Of a stretch of 57,921 bases of DNA, positions 25,963-39,320 are shown piece by piece. The stretch spans positions 88,539,954-88,597,874 of the forward strand of contig NC_068987.1 of the NCBI RefSeq assembly GCF_001194135.2, in the 5' to 3' direction. This DNA is from Octopus bimaculoides. Lineage: Eukaryota. The notes beneath the pieces are model-generated. The model searched no databases and had not been told where the DNA came from. It saw only the letters and a program-made list of their open reading frames with translations. Every line of letters starts with the position of its first letter. Positions within the stretch are counted from its first letter, which is position 1. The position numbers were made by a program, and so were the translations under genes.

Positions 25963-26200
25963 AAAGGCGCGTAGCCATGTGGTCACCGTGTTTCCCTCCC
26001 GATCACAAGATCGTGGTTAAGATTCCTGGACCGAGCAGTGCGTTGAGTTTTTGAACAAAACGCTTTATTTCACCTTGCCTCAGTCCACTCAGCTGTAAAC
26101 TGTAACCCTGCGATGGACTGACGACCCGTTCAGGAAGAATGGTGTGTTCTCAGTCATGGAAATCGAGAAACCGGCAATACGAGTCGAAGAATTCGAGACA
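25963..26200 (+). mobile_element. SINE family D (tRNA-like head, central accctgcgatggactg domain)
   Basis: Degenerate A/B boxes then cagtccactcagctg and accctgcgatggactgacgacccgttcagg. Confidence 0.6.
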
Positions 26201-26449
26201 ACAATATCCAAGAGACTTAATTATTTTTGACTTGTCTGTGCAGCGAAAGTGAACACTATTCACAAACGACAAAAACTGCAACTTTCTTCTGTGTCTGACA
26301 AAAAATTCTGTGAGTTTGCTTTGTTATGTGCGTGCGTCAAATTAAAACTATTGATCAAATACCTTGCTCAGGGGTCGATACACATATCGACGGAAAATAT
26401 AAAATGTGAATTAAAATGTCTTTACATGTTATTTAATTGTTTTATTCAT

Positions 26450-26599
26450 CAGACTGCGGCCATGCTGGGGTACCACCTTAAAGTTATTAGTCGAACAAGT
26501 CGACGCTATTAGTTATTTTTAAGTCTGATATAATTATCTGTCTAATTTGCCAAACCGCTGAGTTAACGGGATCGTAAAGAAAGCAATACATGTTGTCAA

Positions 26600-26631
<32 letters not shown>

Positions 26632-26790
26632 GGGGTTGCCGAGCAATTTCTATGTATAGAATTCGCTCACAAGGTATTGTTCAAACTTCGGTTAAAGTAA
26701 AATATATTAGCCCCAGGTGCCTGCCACGTGGTGGGACTGAACCAGAAACCAAGTGGCTGACAAAGTGTGCTTCATCACCACACAGCCTCA
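26450..26790 (-). mobile_element. SINE family B, diverged
   Basis: Head half 26625-26790, (CA)n, 3' module 26450-26590. Confidence 0.7.
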
Positions 26791-27359
26791 CTTTCGTCAT
26801 GTTGACACTCGGCAAAAGTACAACATTTATCATTTATTACAATCTTTATTAAATATTCAAAGTTCTTTTTGAATGAAGATTACATGTCTATTCCATACCT
26901 GTCGAGATTTTCCGATTCTTTGACAAAAGCTGATCTCACAAATAAAACTTCAAAAGATTGGCTTCACACTTTATAAAACTTTCTTTTTATTATTGTTGGA
27001 TTTAAAATGAAAGTTAGATTCTTCCAGTGGTGTATGAAGTATAGAGGAGCGAAGAGTGATAGATTTCTAAGCTTAGCTAGAAGCGTTTAACAACACTTAA
27101 GATTCATTCATAGGATTGGTTTCTTTAATCTGGCGACGCTTTGCTCGCTAAGAATGAAATCTGTATCTGTTGTTCAGTAGAAATGTTCTCTTACGTAGAC
27201 AGGGCTCTTCCACTAATAGCGAACCGCTGTTGCTTCCGATCCCTGATTTAAAATGACGACCAACATTTTCTGTCACTAACGTAGCATGCCAGTAACTTTT
27301 CCCTACCATTTTCTATCTTTTGTCTATTTTGAGGAAAAGAAAACCAGCGCATACATGTC

Positions 27360-27392
<33 letters not shown>

Positions 27393-27516
27393 TTGCGCGC
27401 GCGTGTGCGTATAATATAATAATATATGTATACACATATATATGTATCTATATATATACGCACATAAGTGTATATATATATATATATATATATACGTACA
27501 TGCATACATATACATA

Positions 27517-27567
<51 letters not shown>

Positions 27568-27809
27568 CAGACATGCATACATATTTATATATATGTATAT
27601 ATATAGTTATGTTATATATATACCATAACTATAAGGACGTAGTAAAGTACAGTATAAAGCACGCCCGACTTCCGATTTCATCCTGTGCTATCCACTAGAA
27701 GTATCATACGCACTTCCATGTTTGCATTTGGGCATCTGTCGTGTGTGCATAGGTAACTGAAAAAATTTGGAGTCAACAAGAAGTAATACGTTTGAACATT
27801 TTTCAATTA

Positions 27810-27852
<43 letters not shown>

Positions 27853-28725
27853 NNNNNNNNNNNNNNNNNNNNNNNNNNNNNNNNNNNNNNNNNNNNNNNN
27901 NNNNNNNNNNNNNNNNNNNNNNNNNNNNNNNNNNNNNNNNNNNNNNNNNNNNNNNNNNNNNNNNNNNNNNNNNNNNNNNNNNNNNNNNNNNNNNNNNNNN
28001 NNNNNNNNNNNNNNNNNNNNNNNNNNNNNNNNNNNNNNNNNNNNNNNNNNNNNNNNNNNNNNNNNNNNNNNNNNNNNNNNNNNNNNNNNNNNNNNNNNNN
28101 NNNNNNNNNNNNNNNNNNNNNNNNNNNNNNNNNNNNNNNNNNNNNNNNNNNNNNNNNNNNNNNNNNNNNNNNNNNNNNNNNNNNNNNNNNNNNNNNNNNN
28201 NNNNNNNNNNNNNNNNNNNNNNNNNNNNNNNNNNNNNNNNNNNNNNNNNNNNNNNNNNNNNNNNNNNNNNNNNNNNNNNNNNNNNNNNNNNNNNNNNNNN
28301 NNNNNNNNNNNNNNNNNNNNNNNNNNNNNNNNNNNNNNNNNNNNNNNNNNNNNNNNNNNNNNNNNNNNNNNNNNNNNNNNNNNNNNNNNNNNNNNNNNNN
28401 NNNNNNNNNNNNNNNNNNNNNNNNNNNNNNNNNNNNNNNNNNNNNNNNNNNNNNNNNNNNNNNNNNNNNNNNNNNNNNNNNNNNNNNNNNNNNNNNNNNN
28501 NNNNNNNNNNNNNNNNNNNNNNNNNNNNNNNNNNNNNNNNNNNNNNNNNNNNNNNNNNNNNNNNNNNNNNNNNNNNNNNNNNTATATATATATATATATA
28601 TATATATATCTTTCATCTTCTACTTGATTAGACTGTGGCCATTCTACGGCACTGCCTCGAGGAGAATTTTAGTGAAACTAATCGACCTCATTATATTTTT
28701 TTATAAGCCTGATACTTGTTCTATC

Positions 28726-28937
28726 TTTTCTACTCTAGGCACAAGGCCCGAAATTTTTGGGGAGGAGGCTAGTCGATTATATCTATTCCAGTACGTAACT
28801 GGTACTTAATTTATCGATCCTGAAAGGATAAAAGGCGAAGTTGACCTCGGCGGAATTTGAACTCAGAACGCAATGACGGACGAAATACCGCTAAGCGTTT
28901 CGCCCGGCGTTCTAACGTTTCTGCCAGCTCGCCGCTT
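28726..28937 (-). mobile_element. SINE family A nested in a family B 3' module
   Basis: Flanked by tacttgttctatc (28713-28725) and tacttattctatc (28954-28966). Confidence 0.85.
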
Positions 28938-29544
28938 TGATAGTTATTCTATCTACTTATTCTATCGGTCCCTTTTCCTGGACCGTTAAGTTACAGGAAC
29001 GTAAACAAACCAACTCCAGTTATCAAATGGTGGTGTGGTGGGGTGATAAGCGCAGACATGAAGATACCCATATAAAAATACCGTGATAGTCTTTGACAAT
29101 GATAAGAAAATGTTAAGAAATAGAATATTTGCCACTGATAAGAAAATGTTACGAGGTGCTTTCTGTTTTAACAGTTTACATAAAAGTGTTCAAAACCGGG
29201 AGTAAAATAAATTCATAGTTACTTATATGTCCATCAAAAATCATGATTGTATAAAAGCATATATACAGAAAGTATTTGTAGACAGTATTTGATAGGAGAA
29301 AGCGTGTATTGCTTAGTTAAAACTTCATCAGAAATCATATTTAAGTATTTATACAGAATTTTAGGGGAATGACCAACCTTGGTTGTTATTTTTAGAAATA
29401 GTGTGAGAGGTTGGTTGGTGGTGGAAAACATTCACATGATCTGATTTCGAATAGTTTGTGGAATCAAAAGGGTTTTTTGGTTCTGGACTAGTCTGCCATG
29501 GTTCGGTGGTTCTTGGACTGGTTTTAGAGTTCAACATGGTGTGA

Positions 29545-30025
<481 letters not shown>

Positions 30026-30194
30026 CATGCGTTTTACATTTAACAGGGTGGAGCTTGAAGCATATTTGAACCCATAAAAAAATAATTAAAACATTCATTG
30101 TCTTTTCTCTGACAAAATACAGAGAATGGCTTTCTTACAAGTTTAAATAAACCCAAAGCATATTTGTACTGGTAATAATATTTGTATATATATA

Positions 30195-30415
30195 GGGCGG
30201 CGAGCTGGCAGAATAGTTAGCACACCGGATGAAATGCTGAGAGATATTTCGTCTGTCTTTACGTTCTGAGTTCTAATTCCGCCGAGGTCGATTTTGTGTT
30301 TATTCTTTCGGGTTCGATTAAATAAGTACCAGTTACACACTGGGGTCGATGTAATCGACTGAAAACCCTTGTTTGTGCACTCTATGTTTAGCTCCGTGTG
30401 GACAATAAAGAAATT
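30195..30415 (+). mobile_element. SINE family A (tail type 2)
   Basis: Head and core, then gtttagctccgtgtggacaataaagaaa. Confidence 0.8.
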
Positions 30416-31101
30416 AATATTTGCATCTGTATGTCATTAGTCAGTTTTATTTCAAAATTTCTTGCCAACAGAGAAAGGGCTGGTTTCTAACTTAGATCCA
30501 ATGTCTCTTCATTGGAATTTCAATACAATCAACAAGGTATTTTTGTATGTATATATAAATATGTGTAGATTTTTATGCTTTGTCTAGACATTCTCATATA
30601 TACTAAATAATGATAAACTTCTGGAAAGTTTTAGATTTTTAGTTTGCGCAGAGTCCAGCATGGCGAGATGATAGGAAAAAAGGAGAGGCTGAATGAAAGA
30701 TTGATAATGATAATAATAACAACAAAAACAACAGTTGTGGCAGTTGAAGAGAGGTAGTGAGTTGAGCCGATAGGGGGAAAAGGAGCGAAGGTATATATAT
30801 ATATATATATNNNNNNNNNNNNNNNNNNNNNNNNNNNNNNNNNNNNNNNNNNNNNNNNNNNNNNNNNNNNNNNNNNNNNNNNNNNNNNNNNNNNNNNNNN
30901 NNNNNNNNNNNNNNNNNNNNNNNNNNNNNNNNNNNNNNNNNNNNNNNNNNNNNNNNNNNNNNNNNNNNNNNNNNNNNNNNNNNNNNNNNNNNNNNNNNNN
31001 NNNNNNNNNNNNNNNNNNNNNNNNNNNNNNNNNNNNNNNNNATATATATATGAGAGAGAGAGCGAGAGAGTAAAGGAGAGGCAGTACAAAGTGACAGAGA
31101 C

Positions 31102-31157
<56 letters not shown>

Positions 31158-32844
31158 TGTATTTATCAAGAGTTACGCATGCATACACACAAACACATGC
31201 ACATTAATAAGAATAGATATTAGTTTCATCTCTCTGCTCATGGAAAGATAAAACTTGATGTGTAACCATATTATTTACTTCTCACAGCAAAGATAAATTG
31301 TATGTTTATTTGTAAAAGCATAACTTACTTAAAACACGCGCGCAAGATTTGAAAAAATGTGTCTTTTATGTACCTTCTAGATTTATTCCAAGATTGTATA
31401 TCATCGTTAATATCATATTGTTAGCGTGTTTAAAATGTTAAAATATTTTGATGTACATTTAGTTTTAGGAAACTATTACAACCAAACTTTTGGGTTAATA
31501 GCAGTGTACTTCAAGTGGGATTTGGTGTAAGGCATTCTATGAGTAAGCAAGGCAGTGCACATCGGTTTAAAAAGTAGTTATACCGTTTAACGCTTTCAAT
31601 CATGGAATAATTATATTCTTGCACTTTATCTATTAAGCCCTTTCCTGCGCCATATTTTCTTTTGCGCCAGTGGTCAAAGTTTGTTACAAATTACGTGTTT
31701 TATAACTTAACCATACAAGGGTGCAGGTGTGGTGTGTAATAGACGGCATCAGATAAGTTGTCCCTATTGGAAATCAGGTACACTGTAACATGTTTCTAAA
31801 GATGGGGATATATTCATGGAGTAAGTGAGTGAGAGAGAAAGCGAGAAAGAGAGAGAGAATGAGAGAGCTGATAAACAGAGAGAGCTGAAGAAATTGGTAA
31901 GCTGGGAGATTAGCTTCGAGGAACAGTCTGTGAGAATGTTAGAAAAGACAGTGCTAGAGTTATTGACCCTGTTCGTCGAAGTTGTATGGCGGTACTTTGA
32001 CATTTGCAATATATGTACATATGATGTACCACAAGTCTGAATAATGGGAGCTGGTTGCAAAGCGAGCAAAAAATGTGGAAGCCTTTTTCGTAGGCGTGAT
32101 AATTACGGAGGAGTGACGAGTCGGACGATTCCATACAAGTTAGTTACTAATACTTGTGGCAGGTGGGGACGGCCTACGGGCTGTGCGATACATGAATATA
32201 AACTGCACGTTTCAGATATCGGTCTTGCAAGAGTTACAGTGTTCGGTAAAATGGTCAAGTTAATAGGATTCAGATATCTTCGAATAGAATAGTTAAGTAA
32301 TTTAATACCAGATTATTCTTATGTCAGCGTTACCTTTCAAAATCATAGAAGCGTTTACCTGATTTGAAGAGAACAATGAGTGCATTATCTTGTCAGATTA
32401 TCCTTCGGCGTCCCTTTTCAGCCTAATCTCTTCCGTAACTGTCAAAACCATTTTCTCTTTTGTATATTACCTCTAAGTATACTTTACTGCAAGTCACTAG
32501 CAGAGATTCGCTACAATAACACACGTGCCACAATAATACTGATTACACATTCGCTTTTATGATGCCACTATTAATCAATATTATTATCTAAGTACTCTAC
32601 TTCTCTTATTGTTTAATTGGACAGTTTCTATGGTGTACACTGCGTAGGGTGACCTTTGACATGTATTCAACATGTAATCATGTTATATTTGTAATGTTCG
32701 TTCTTATCTGTTCAGTATCGCATCTGTTTGCAAGCAATACTTTAAATCAATTGCTGTCATTGAATGTTTAACTGTTAGATTTGATGAATTATTCAATTTT
32801 TATATAGATTCATACATTTTAGGTTATCAATAACTAAACACACA

Positions 32845-32968
32845 AGATGGTGAGCTGGTAGAATCGCTGGCACGCCGGACAAAGTGCTTAGCAGCATTTC
32901 GTCTGTGTTTACGTTCTGCGTTCAAATTCCGATTTTGCCTTTCATCCTTTCGGGTTCGATAAAATAAA
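32845..32968 (+). mobile_element. SINE family A truncated at a foldback element
   Basis: Core stops at gataaaataa where the palindrome begins. Confidence 0.75.
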
Positions 32969-32970
32969 CT

Positions 32971-33119
32971 TTCATAGTGTACTTTTCTTTTTCCTGCAAG
33001 ACCATTAATTTTCGTGGCATTGCTCAGATAGCAGCTGAAGTTGCTACTAGCAATGCCGCGAAAATTAATGGAATTTACCACGTGCTCTTGCAGGGGGAAA
33101 AAAAGTACACTATTATGAA
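32971..33119. repeat. Foldback palindrome about 150 bp
   Basis: ccattaattttcgtggcattgct / agcaatgccgcgaaaattaatgg plus outer arms ttcatagtgtac..cctgcaaga / tcttgcagg..gtacactattatgaa. Confidence 0.85.
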
Positions 33120-33819
33120 CATTTATTTTATTAATAAGTTTATTAATATATTTTTTCTCTACATATTTCATTTAAGTACATATTTTTGATAAGGTTTATA
33201 AACAACCGAAACATGTAAAACAAAAACATTTTTTCAATGTATTTATATAAAGAAATTTAAACGTACCTAATTTTAGAAAAGTAGCATTTTCGTTCTTCTT
33301 TTTCATAAATATCTACTTACTCGTGTGTTACCTCTACATTTTTAAATATATATACNNNNNNNNNNNNNNNNNNNNNNNNNNNNNNNNNNNNNNNNNNNNN
33401 NNNNNNNNNNNNNNNNNNNNNNNNNNNNNNNNNNNNNNNNNNNNNNNNNNNNNNNNNNNNNNNNNNNNNNNNNNNNNNNNNNNNNNNNNNNNNNNNNNNN
33501 NNNNNNNNNNNNNNNNNNNNNNNNNNNNNNNNNNNNNNNNNNNNNNNNNNNNNNNNNNNNNNNNNNNNNNNNNNNNNNNNNNNNNNNNNNNNNNNNNNNN
33601 NNNNNNNNNNNNNNNNNNNNNNNNNNNNNNNNNNNNNNNNNNNNNNNNNNNNNNNNNNNNNNNNNNNNNNNNNNNNNNNNNNNNNNNNNNNNNNNNNNNN
33701 NNNNNNNNNNNNNNNNNNNNNNNNNNNNNNNNNNNNNNNNNNNNNNNNNNNNNNNNNNNNNNNNNNNNNNNNNNNNNNNNNNNNNNNNNNNNNNNNNNNN
33801 NNNNNNNNNNNNNNNNNNN

Positions 33820-33889
<70 letters not shown>

Positions 33890-33943
33890 GGAAAGTGGCT
33901 AGGAGTCAATACAAATAAAAAATTATACTTTAAAAAAGTGAAT

Positions 33944-34219
33944 AAAGTTGGAAATGACACAGAAGTATATTTTAGAGAATGTTTGATAGAAAATTACCGA
34001 TTTCGGGGTGAGTTAGAGAGAGAAAAAAACATTTTTGGGCAGGGTTTAACAATTTGTGCCCAAATCTGAGTTTTTGATTAAGAATTTGGGTACAAACTGA
34101 TACACCCCACCAAAAGTTCTTTCTAATAATTTCTAATATTTCATAAGCTGGATACATCGAAACTGGTAATATTTTATTAAACATTCTCTAAAATATACTT
34201 CTGTGTCATTTCCAACTTT
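33944..34219. mobile_element. MITE-like element with about 65 bp terminal inverted repeats
   Basis: aaagttggaaatgacacagaagtatattttagagaatgttt... inverted at 34158-34219. Confidence 0.75.
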
Positions 34220-34221
34220 TA

Positions 34222-34850
34222 GTTTGTTTAACTTTTTGCCCGACCCCACCTTGAGTACTGTACCCACTGTGGTCCCCTCATACGAAACAACTCATTATGA
34301 AAGTAGAAGCACTCCAGAGGTCAATGACAAGATAGACGGCATGAGAGGCATTGATTATTGGGGTCGACTAAAAAAACTCAATCTTTACTCTCCCCCAACG
34401 CCGCCAGGAGCGCTACATCAATTGTGTTATGTGGAAAATATTCCATCAATATTGCACAAATGATGTTGGCATCAATTTTAAAATCCATCCAAAACTTGAC
34501 CCCTTCGCAATCCGCCCACTACAAAAATTGAATTCGGTACACATAGCAACATTACGTCACAATTACTTTATCTCAACCGGTTCAGCTCTCTTTAATACCA
34601 TACCAAAATACGTCAAAACGGAAACGGATCCCATAAAATTCAAATGTTCACTGAACAAATTTCTTCAAAAAATCCCGGACCTATCTCCTACCCCCGGATA
34701 TGCCTCCAACAATAATATAATAACTCTTTGCTAGAGTGGGCTATGGTGCCCCATATATGACTAAAAGACTTCACCAGGTGGTGCTATTGAGTTAGACATG
34801 GCCTGGGCCTACACTGGCCGAAACCTACCAAAGTTATTAAAGTTATTAGA
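34222..34850 (+). mobile_element. CR1/L2-like LINE 3' end
   Basis: ARPHLEYC, IDYWGRLKKLNLYS, RRQERYI, KFKCSLNKFLQKIPD (frameshifted); short (aaagttatt)2 tail. Confidence 0.8.
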
Positions 34851-35468
34851 TATGTTGTGTGTGTGTGTGTGTCTATGTGTATAGATAGANNNNNNNNNNN
34901 NNNNNNNNNNNNNNNNNNNNNNNNNNNNNNNNNNNNNNNNNNNNNNNNNNNNNNNNNNNNNNNNNNNNNNNNNNNNNNNNNNNNNNNNNNNNNNNNNNNN
35001 NNNNNNNNNNNNNNNNNNNNNNNNNNNNNNNNNNNNNNNNNNNNNNNNNNNNNNNNNNNNNNNNNNNNNNNNNNNNNNNNNNNNNNNNNNNNNNNNNNNN
35101 NNNNNNNNNNNNNNNNNNNNNNNNNNNNNNNNNNNNNNNNNNNNNNNNNNNNNNNNNNNNNNNNNNNNNNNNNNNNNNNNNNNNNNNNNNNNNNNNNNNN
35201 NNNNNNNNNNNNNNNNNNNNNNNNNNNNNNNNNNNNNNNNNNNNNNNNNNNNNNNNNNNNNNNNNNNNNNNNNNNNNNNNNNNNNNNNNNNNNNNNNNNN
35301 NNNNNNNNNNNNNNNNNNNNNNNNNNNNNNNNNNNNNNNNNNNNNNNNNNNNNNNNNNNNNNNNNNNNNNNNNNNNNNNNNNNNNNNNNNNNNNNNNNNN
35401 NNNNNNNNNNNNNNNNNNNNNNNNNNNNNNNNNNNNNNNNNNNNNNNNNNNNNNNNNNNNNNNNNNNN

Positions 35469-35507
<39 letters not shown>

Positions 35508-36151
35508 ATATGTGTGTGTGTGTTGTGTGTGTGTGAGTGTGTATGTGTGCGTGTGTACGTGTGTGTACGTATATGTATATGCGACGGGCTGCTGAACAAT
35601 TACTGTCTACAAAATTCGTTCGTCTCGCAGGGAATTGCTCAATCTGTTGCAACAGAAGACACGAAGTTGCCGCGCAATAAGATCGAACCCAGAAATATGC
35701 GGTCAAAGCAAATTTCTTCACCACATAACTATGTCTGATGCACCTCATTGTCAAGGCTTTTACGTACAGTGCAACAGCATTTCTTCAAAATCTGGAATAC
35801 AACACCAAACTTCAGCTAGACAGATCAATACGTTCAGTAGACTGTTTATGATATTAAATACTTTGTAATTATCGGATTGTGACCTACAAGGAAACTACAT
35901 TGACACGCGTGTACATTAACATATCTCCGTTTATACAAATATACACCTTTTCTTTCACTTCATTTGAAGAAACTATTCTCTAATTAAAGTTATTTCCGGA
36001 ATTATGGAAATGAATTAATACAAATTATTGATGATAATCCATAAATTATCTTCAATGATTTAGTAACAGAAAATGTCATTCAATTTCAAATATGGTTGGA
36101 TCGCTCGTATGTCTCACTGTCAGTAGAAATGCTGCGATCAAATGCGATTAT

Positions 36152-36369
36152 GTTCTTTTCTACTCTAGACACAAGGCCTGAAATTTTGGGGGAGGGGGCC
36201 AGGTGATTAGATCTACCCCAGTACGCAACTGGTACTTAATTTAATGGTCCCAGAAACGGTGAAAGGCAAAGTCGACCTCAGTAGAATTTGAATTCAGAAC
36301 GTAAAAACAGACGAACTACCGCTAAGCATTTCGGCCGGCGTGCTAACGTCTCTGCCAGCTCGCCGCCTT
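36152..36369 (-). mobile_element. SINE family A with 13 bp TSD
   Basis: caaatgcgattat at 36139-36151 and 36370-36382. Confidence 0.9.
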
Positions 36370-36452
36370 CAAATGCGATTATATTAATGTGCATTATAGC
36401 GTTTCTGCTTCTAGTGTTGTTATTTTATATGCAATGTTATGATTGACAAAGC

Positions 36453-36640
36453 AAGGCGGCACACTGGCAGAATCGTTGGCACGCCGGACAAAATCACCAA
36501 GGGTCATTTCATCCGTGTTTACGTTCTGAGTTCAAATTATGCTTAGATTCACTTTGCCTTTCATCCTTTATGGGGTCAAAAAATAAGTAGCAGTTGAACA
36601 CTGGGGTCGATGTAATCGACTTGTCCGCCCCACCCCTCAA
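36453..36640 (+). mobile_element. SINE family A, inverted relative to upstream copy
   Basis: Head and core. Confidence 0.8.
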
Positions 36641-36671
36641 ACTACTAACTTAACTGACATAACATATCTGC

Positions 36672-37112
36672 AATGTCTGTGTGGTTAAGACGCTCGCTTG
36701 GTAACCACGCAGCTCCGAGTTCGGTCTCGCTACACAGCACCTTGGGCAAGTGTCTTCTATTAAAACTGCTGATCGATGAATGTCTTGTGAATGAGTTTGG
36801 TAAACGGAAACTGGAGGAAGCGAGCGAGGTGGCAGAAACGTTAGCACGCCGGGTGAAATGCTTAGTAGTATTTCGTCTGCCGTTACGTTCTGAGTTCCAA
36901 TTCCGCCGAGGTCGACTTTGACTTTCATCCTTTCAGAGTCGGTTAAATAAGTACCAGTTATGCACTGAGATCGATCTGATCGACTTAATCTCTTTGTCTG
37001 TCCTTGTTTGTCCCCTCTGTGTATAGCCCTTTGTGGGCAATAAAGAAATAAGGAAACTGGAGGAAGCCAATCGTATATACATGTATGTGCGTATGTATGT
37101 GCATATGTGTGT

Positions 37113-37153
<41 letters not shown>

Positions 37154-37163
37154 NNNNNNNNNN

Positions 37164-37214
<51 letters not shown>

Positions 37215-37255
37215 TTATCACCATCCCTTTACTTGACAACCGTAAGAAATGACAA
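36672..37255 (+). mobile_element. SINE family B interrupted by family A
   Basis: Head at 36672, resumes at 37068, then (TG)n and partial 3' module. Confidence 0.75.
36822..37051 (+). mobile_element. SINE family A (tail type 2) nested in SINE family B
   Basis: 16 bp TSD ggaaactggaggaagc at 36806-36821 and 37052-37067. Confidence 0.9.
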
Positions 37256-37669
37256 TAACTATGAAAAGTTGTTATATCGTCCACGAAATTAGTCAATAGA
37301 AATCTGCTTCCATATGTGTTCAAGTTCTAAATTAAAGCAGAGGAAATAATTCCGTTGGTCAACACATTTGGCTTATATAGAAAATGCAGATTGGAGTGGA
37401 TCTGGTCTTTCAATCCGACTGATGAAGCCACACACCTGTTTCGTTCTCAATAAGCGTCGTCAGTGAAGTATATTTTACTTACGTCACTCATATATATAGA
37501 GTTCCATGGATAGTTCCATGGATGCCAATGTAGGTAAATAGCATTGCAGGTCTTTAATAACGTACGTGTTTATAAACATTACGCGATTAGTACTCGAAGC
37601 TCAAAAATGCTGCAAATAATAGCATATAAACATTTCGTTGAAAACCCGTTTGGAACAGAAAATGTCAAC

Positions 37670-37738
37670 GGCTTTATTCCAATGGTAGAACGTCTGTCAT
37701 GTCTATAGGAGAAGTGGGCTTGAGTCCCACAGGCAGCC
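37670..37738 (+). pseudogene. tRNA-like pseudogene or solo SINE head
   Basis: D-arm ttc-caatggta-gaa, T-arm gtggg-cttgagt-cccac, ends ggct...agcc; acceptor stem broken. Confidence 0.45.
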
Positions 37739-37912
37739 CTTAATCTTTTCTGTTTGAAAGGGTTTTTCAAGCCAATAGTTACACATGTTATCACTTATAC
37801 CACTTATGTGTTTCGAGAACCAATTGCAAAATATTAAAAAAATAAAAGAATTATTTCACATTCTCTCGAAAGCTTATAAATTCTTATGACATCAACAGAT
37901 ATATATATATAT

Positions 37913-38255
37913 GGCAGTGGTTCTCATGGCTTCTGATCTTAATTGATTGGAAGCGTTATCATGTACATTGTTTTTTCTTGGTATAAAAGATGGGCTACAG
38001 CAAATATTCTGCTCAATACCACAGATTTGCTTGTCAGTTGTTTGACTTTAACCAGTTTAGCATGTCCCTTAGTGGCTGACGATATGTGCATCTCTGATCA
38101 CGAGCAGAAGTAGTGGGGGAGCATCATAGCCATGTGTTGAGAGGAATTCTTTGGGGTTTGAATAATTCACCTTTGGAAACATGGGTATTTTGTTCAACAT
38201 CCTTAAACAACCCTTATTCAAGGACCTTTTCAGCGGGATGGGCTACTCAACCTGA
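37913..38255. repeat. Unclassified interspersed repeat; part also at 4088-4258
   Basis: ggggagcatcatagccatgtgttgag...cagcgggatgggctactc occurs twice at high identity. Confidence 0.75.
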
Positions 38256-38440
38256 NNNNNNNNNNNNNNNNNNNNNNNNNNNNNNNNNNNNNNNNNNNNN
38301 NNNNNNNNNNNNNNNNNNNNNNNNNNNNNNNNNNNNNNNNNNNNNNNNNNNNNNNNNNNNNNNNNNNNNNNNNNNNNNNNNNNNNNNNNNNNNNNNNNNN
38401 NNNNNNNNNNNNNNNNNNNNNNNNNNNNNNNNNNNNNNNN

Positions 38441-38508
<68 letters not shown>

Positions 38509-38717
38509 GGGAATAAATTATTATTCCAACCTTACAGGTAAAATTCAGTATAATAATATTAGACCGAATTTCGTAATATATAATATATATGTATATAACT
38601 GATTTAGAAACGAACCACCATTCCACAATTCAGTCAATGAAAAACCCGTCAAAAACCATGTTGTGAGATATATACCATACAAAATGCTAATCTAAAATAC
38701 TAATCTAAAATTTTAGA

Positions 38718-38874
38718 TCGACCGCAGTTTGCAACTGTTTCTTAATTTATCGATCCCGAACGGATGAAAGGTAAAGTGAACCTCGGCAGAATTTGAACTC
38801 AGAACGTAAAGACAGACAAAATACCGCTAAGTATTTTGCCCGGCGTGCTAACGTTTCTGCCAGCTCGCCGCCTT
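38718..38874 (-). mobile_element. SINE family A
   Basis: Head and core. Confidence 0.8.
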
Positions 38875-39064
38875 AGATGCTTAGCAGCATTACGTCCGTC
38901 ATTTCGTTGTGTGTTCGCATTCGCCAGGACCCTGAAATGGGTCGAGGAGGGAACAACCGCTAGTAATTGGGAGTCGGGATAATGGAATATTAGTTAATCT
39001 GAAAGTAATATACTACAAGGGTATTCAGTTCACCATTGTATTGCTGTAACCAATTTACCAATCT

Positions 39065-39217
39065 GGTTGTGGTAGTAGTGGTGGTGGTGGTGGCGGTCAA
39101 TAACATTGCTAATGATATCAAAAACTGTGGTGACGGTGAGGTGGAGGCGGCGGAGGAAGGTGAGGTCACCACGACGGCGACGACGACAGCTATGACAACG
39201 ACGACGACGACGACGAC

Positions 39218-39260
<43 letters not shown>

Positions 39261-39267
39261 GCGATGG

Positions 39268-39308
<41 letters not shown>

Positions 39309-39320
39309 GTGATGATGATA
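39065..39320. repeat. Compound trinucleotide microsatellite (GTG)/(GAC)n/(GAT)n
   Basis: Direct reading. Confidence 0.9.

Noticed and set aside
27195-27242. 48 nt minus-strand exon candidate with GTAAGA donor
   Set aside because: No companion exons found on the minus strand.
32044-32292. ORF MGAGCKASKK... with VSDIGLARV resembling kinase DFGLAR
   Set aside because: No other kinase motifs; isolated similarity.
35756-35851. AFTYSATAFLQNLEYNTKL, FN3-like by eye
   Set aside because: Lacks the conserved Tyr strand and a good donor; weak acceptor.
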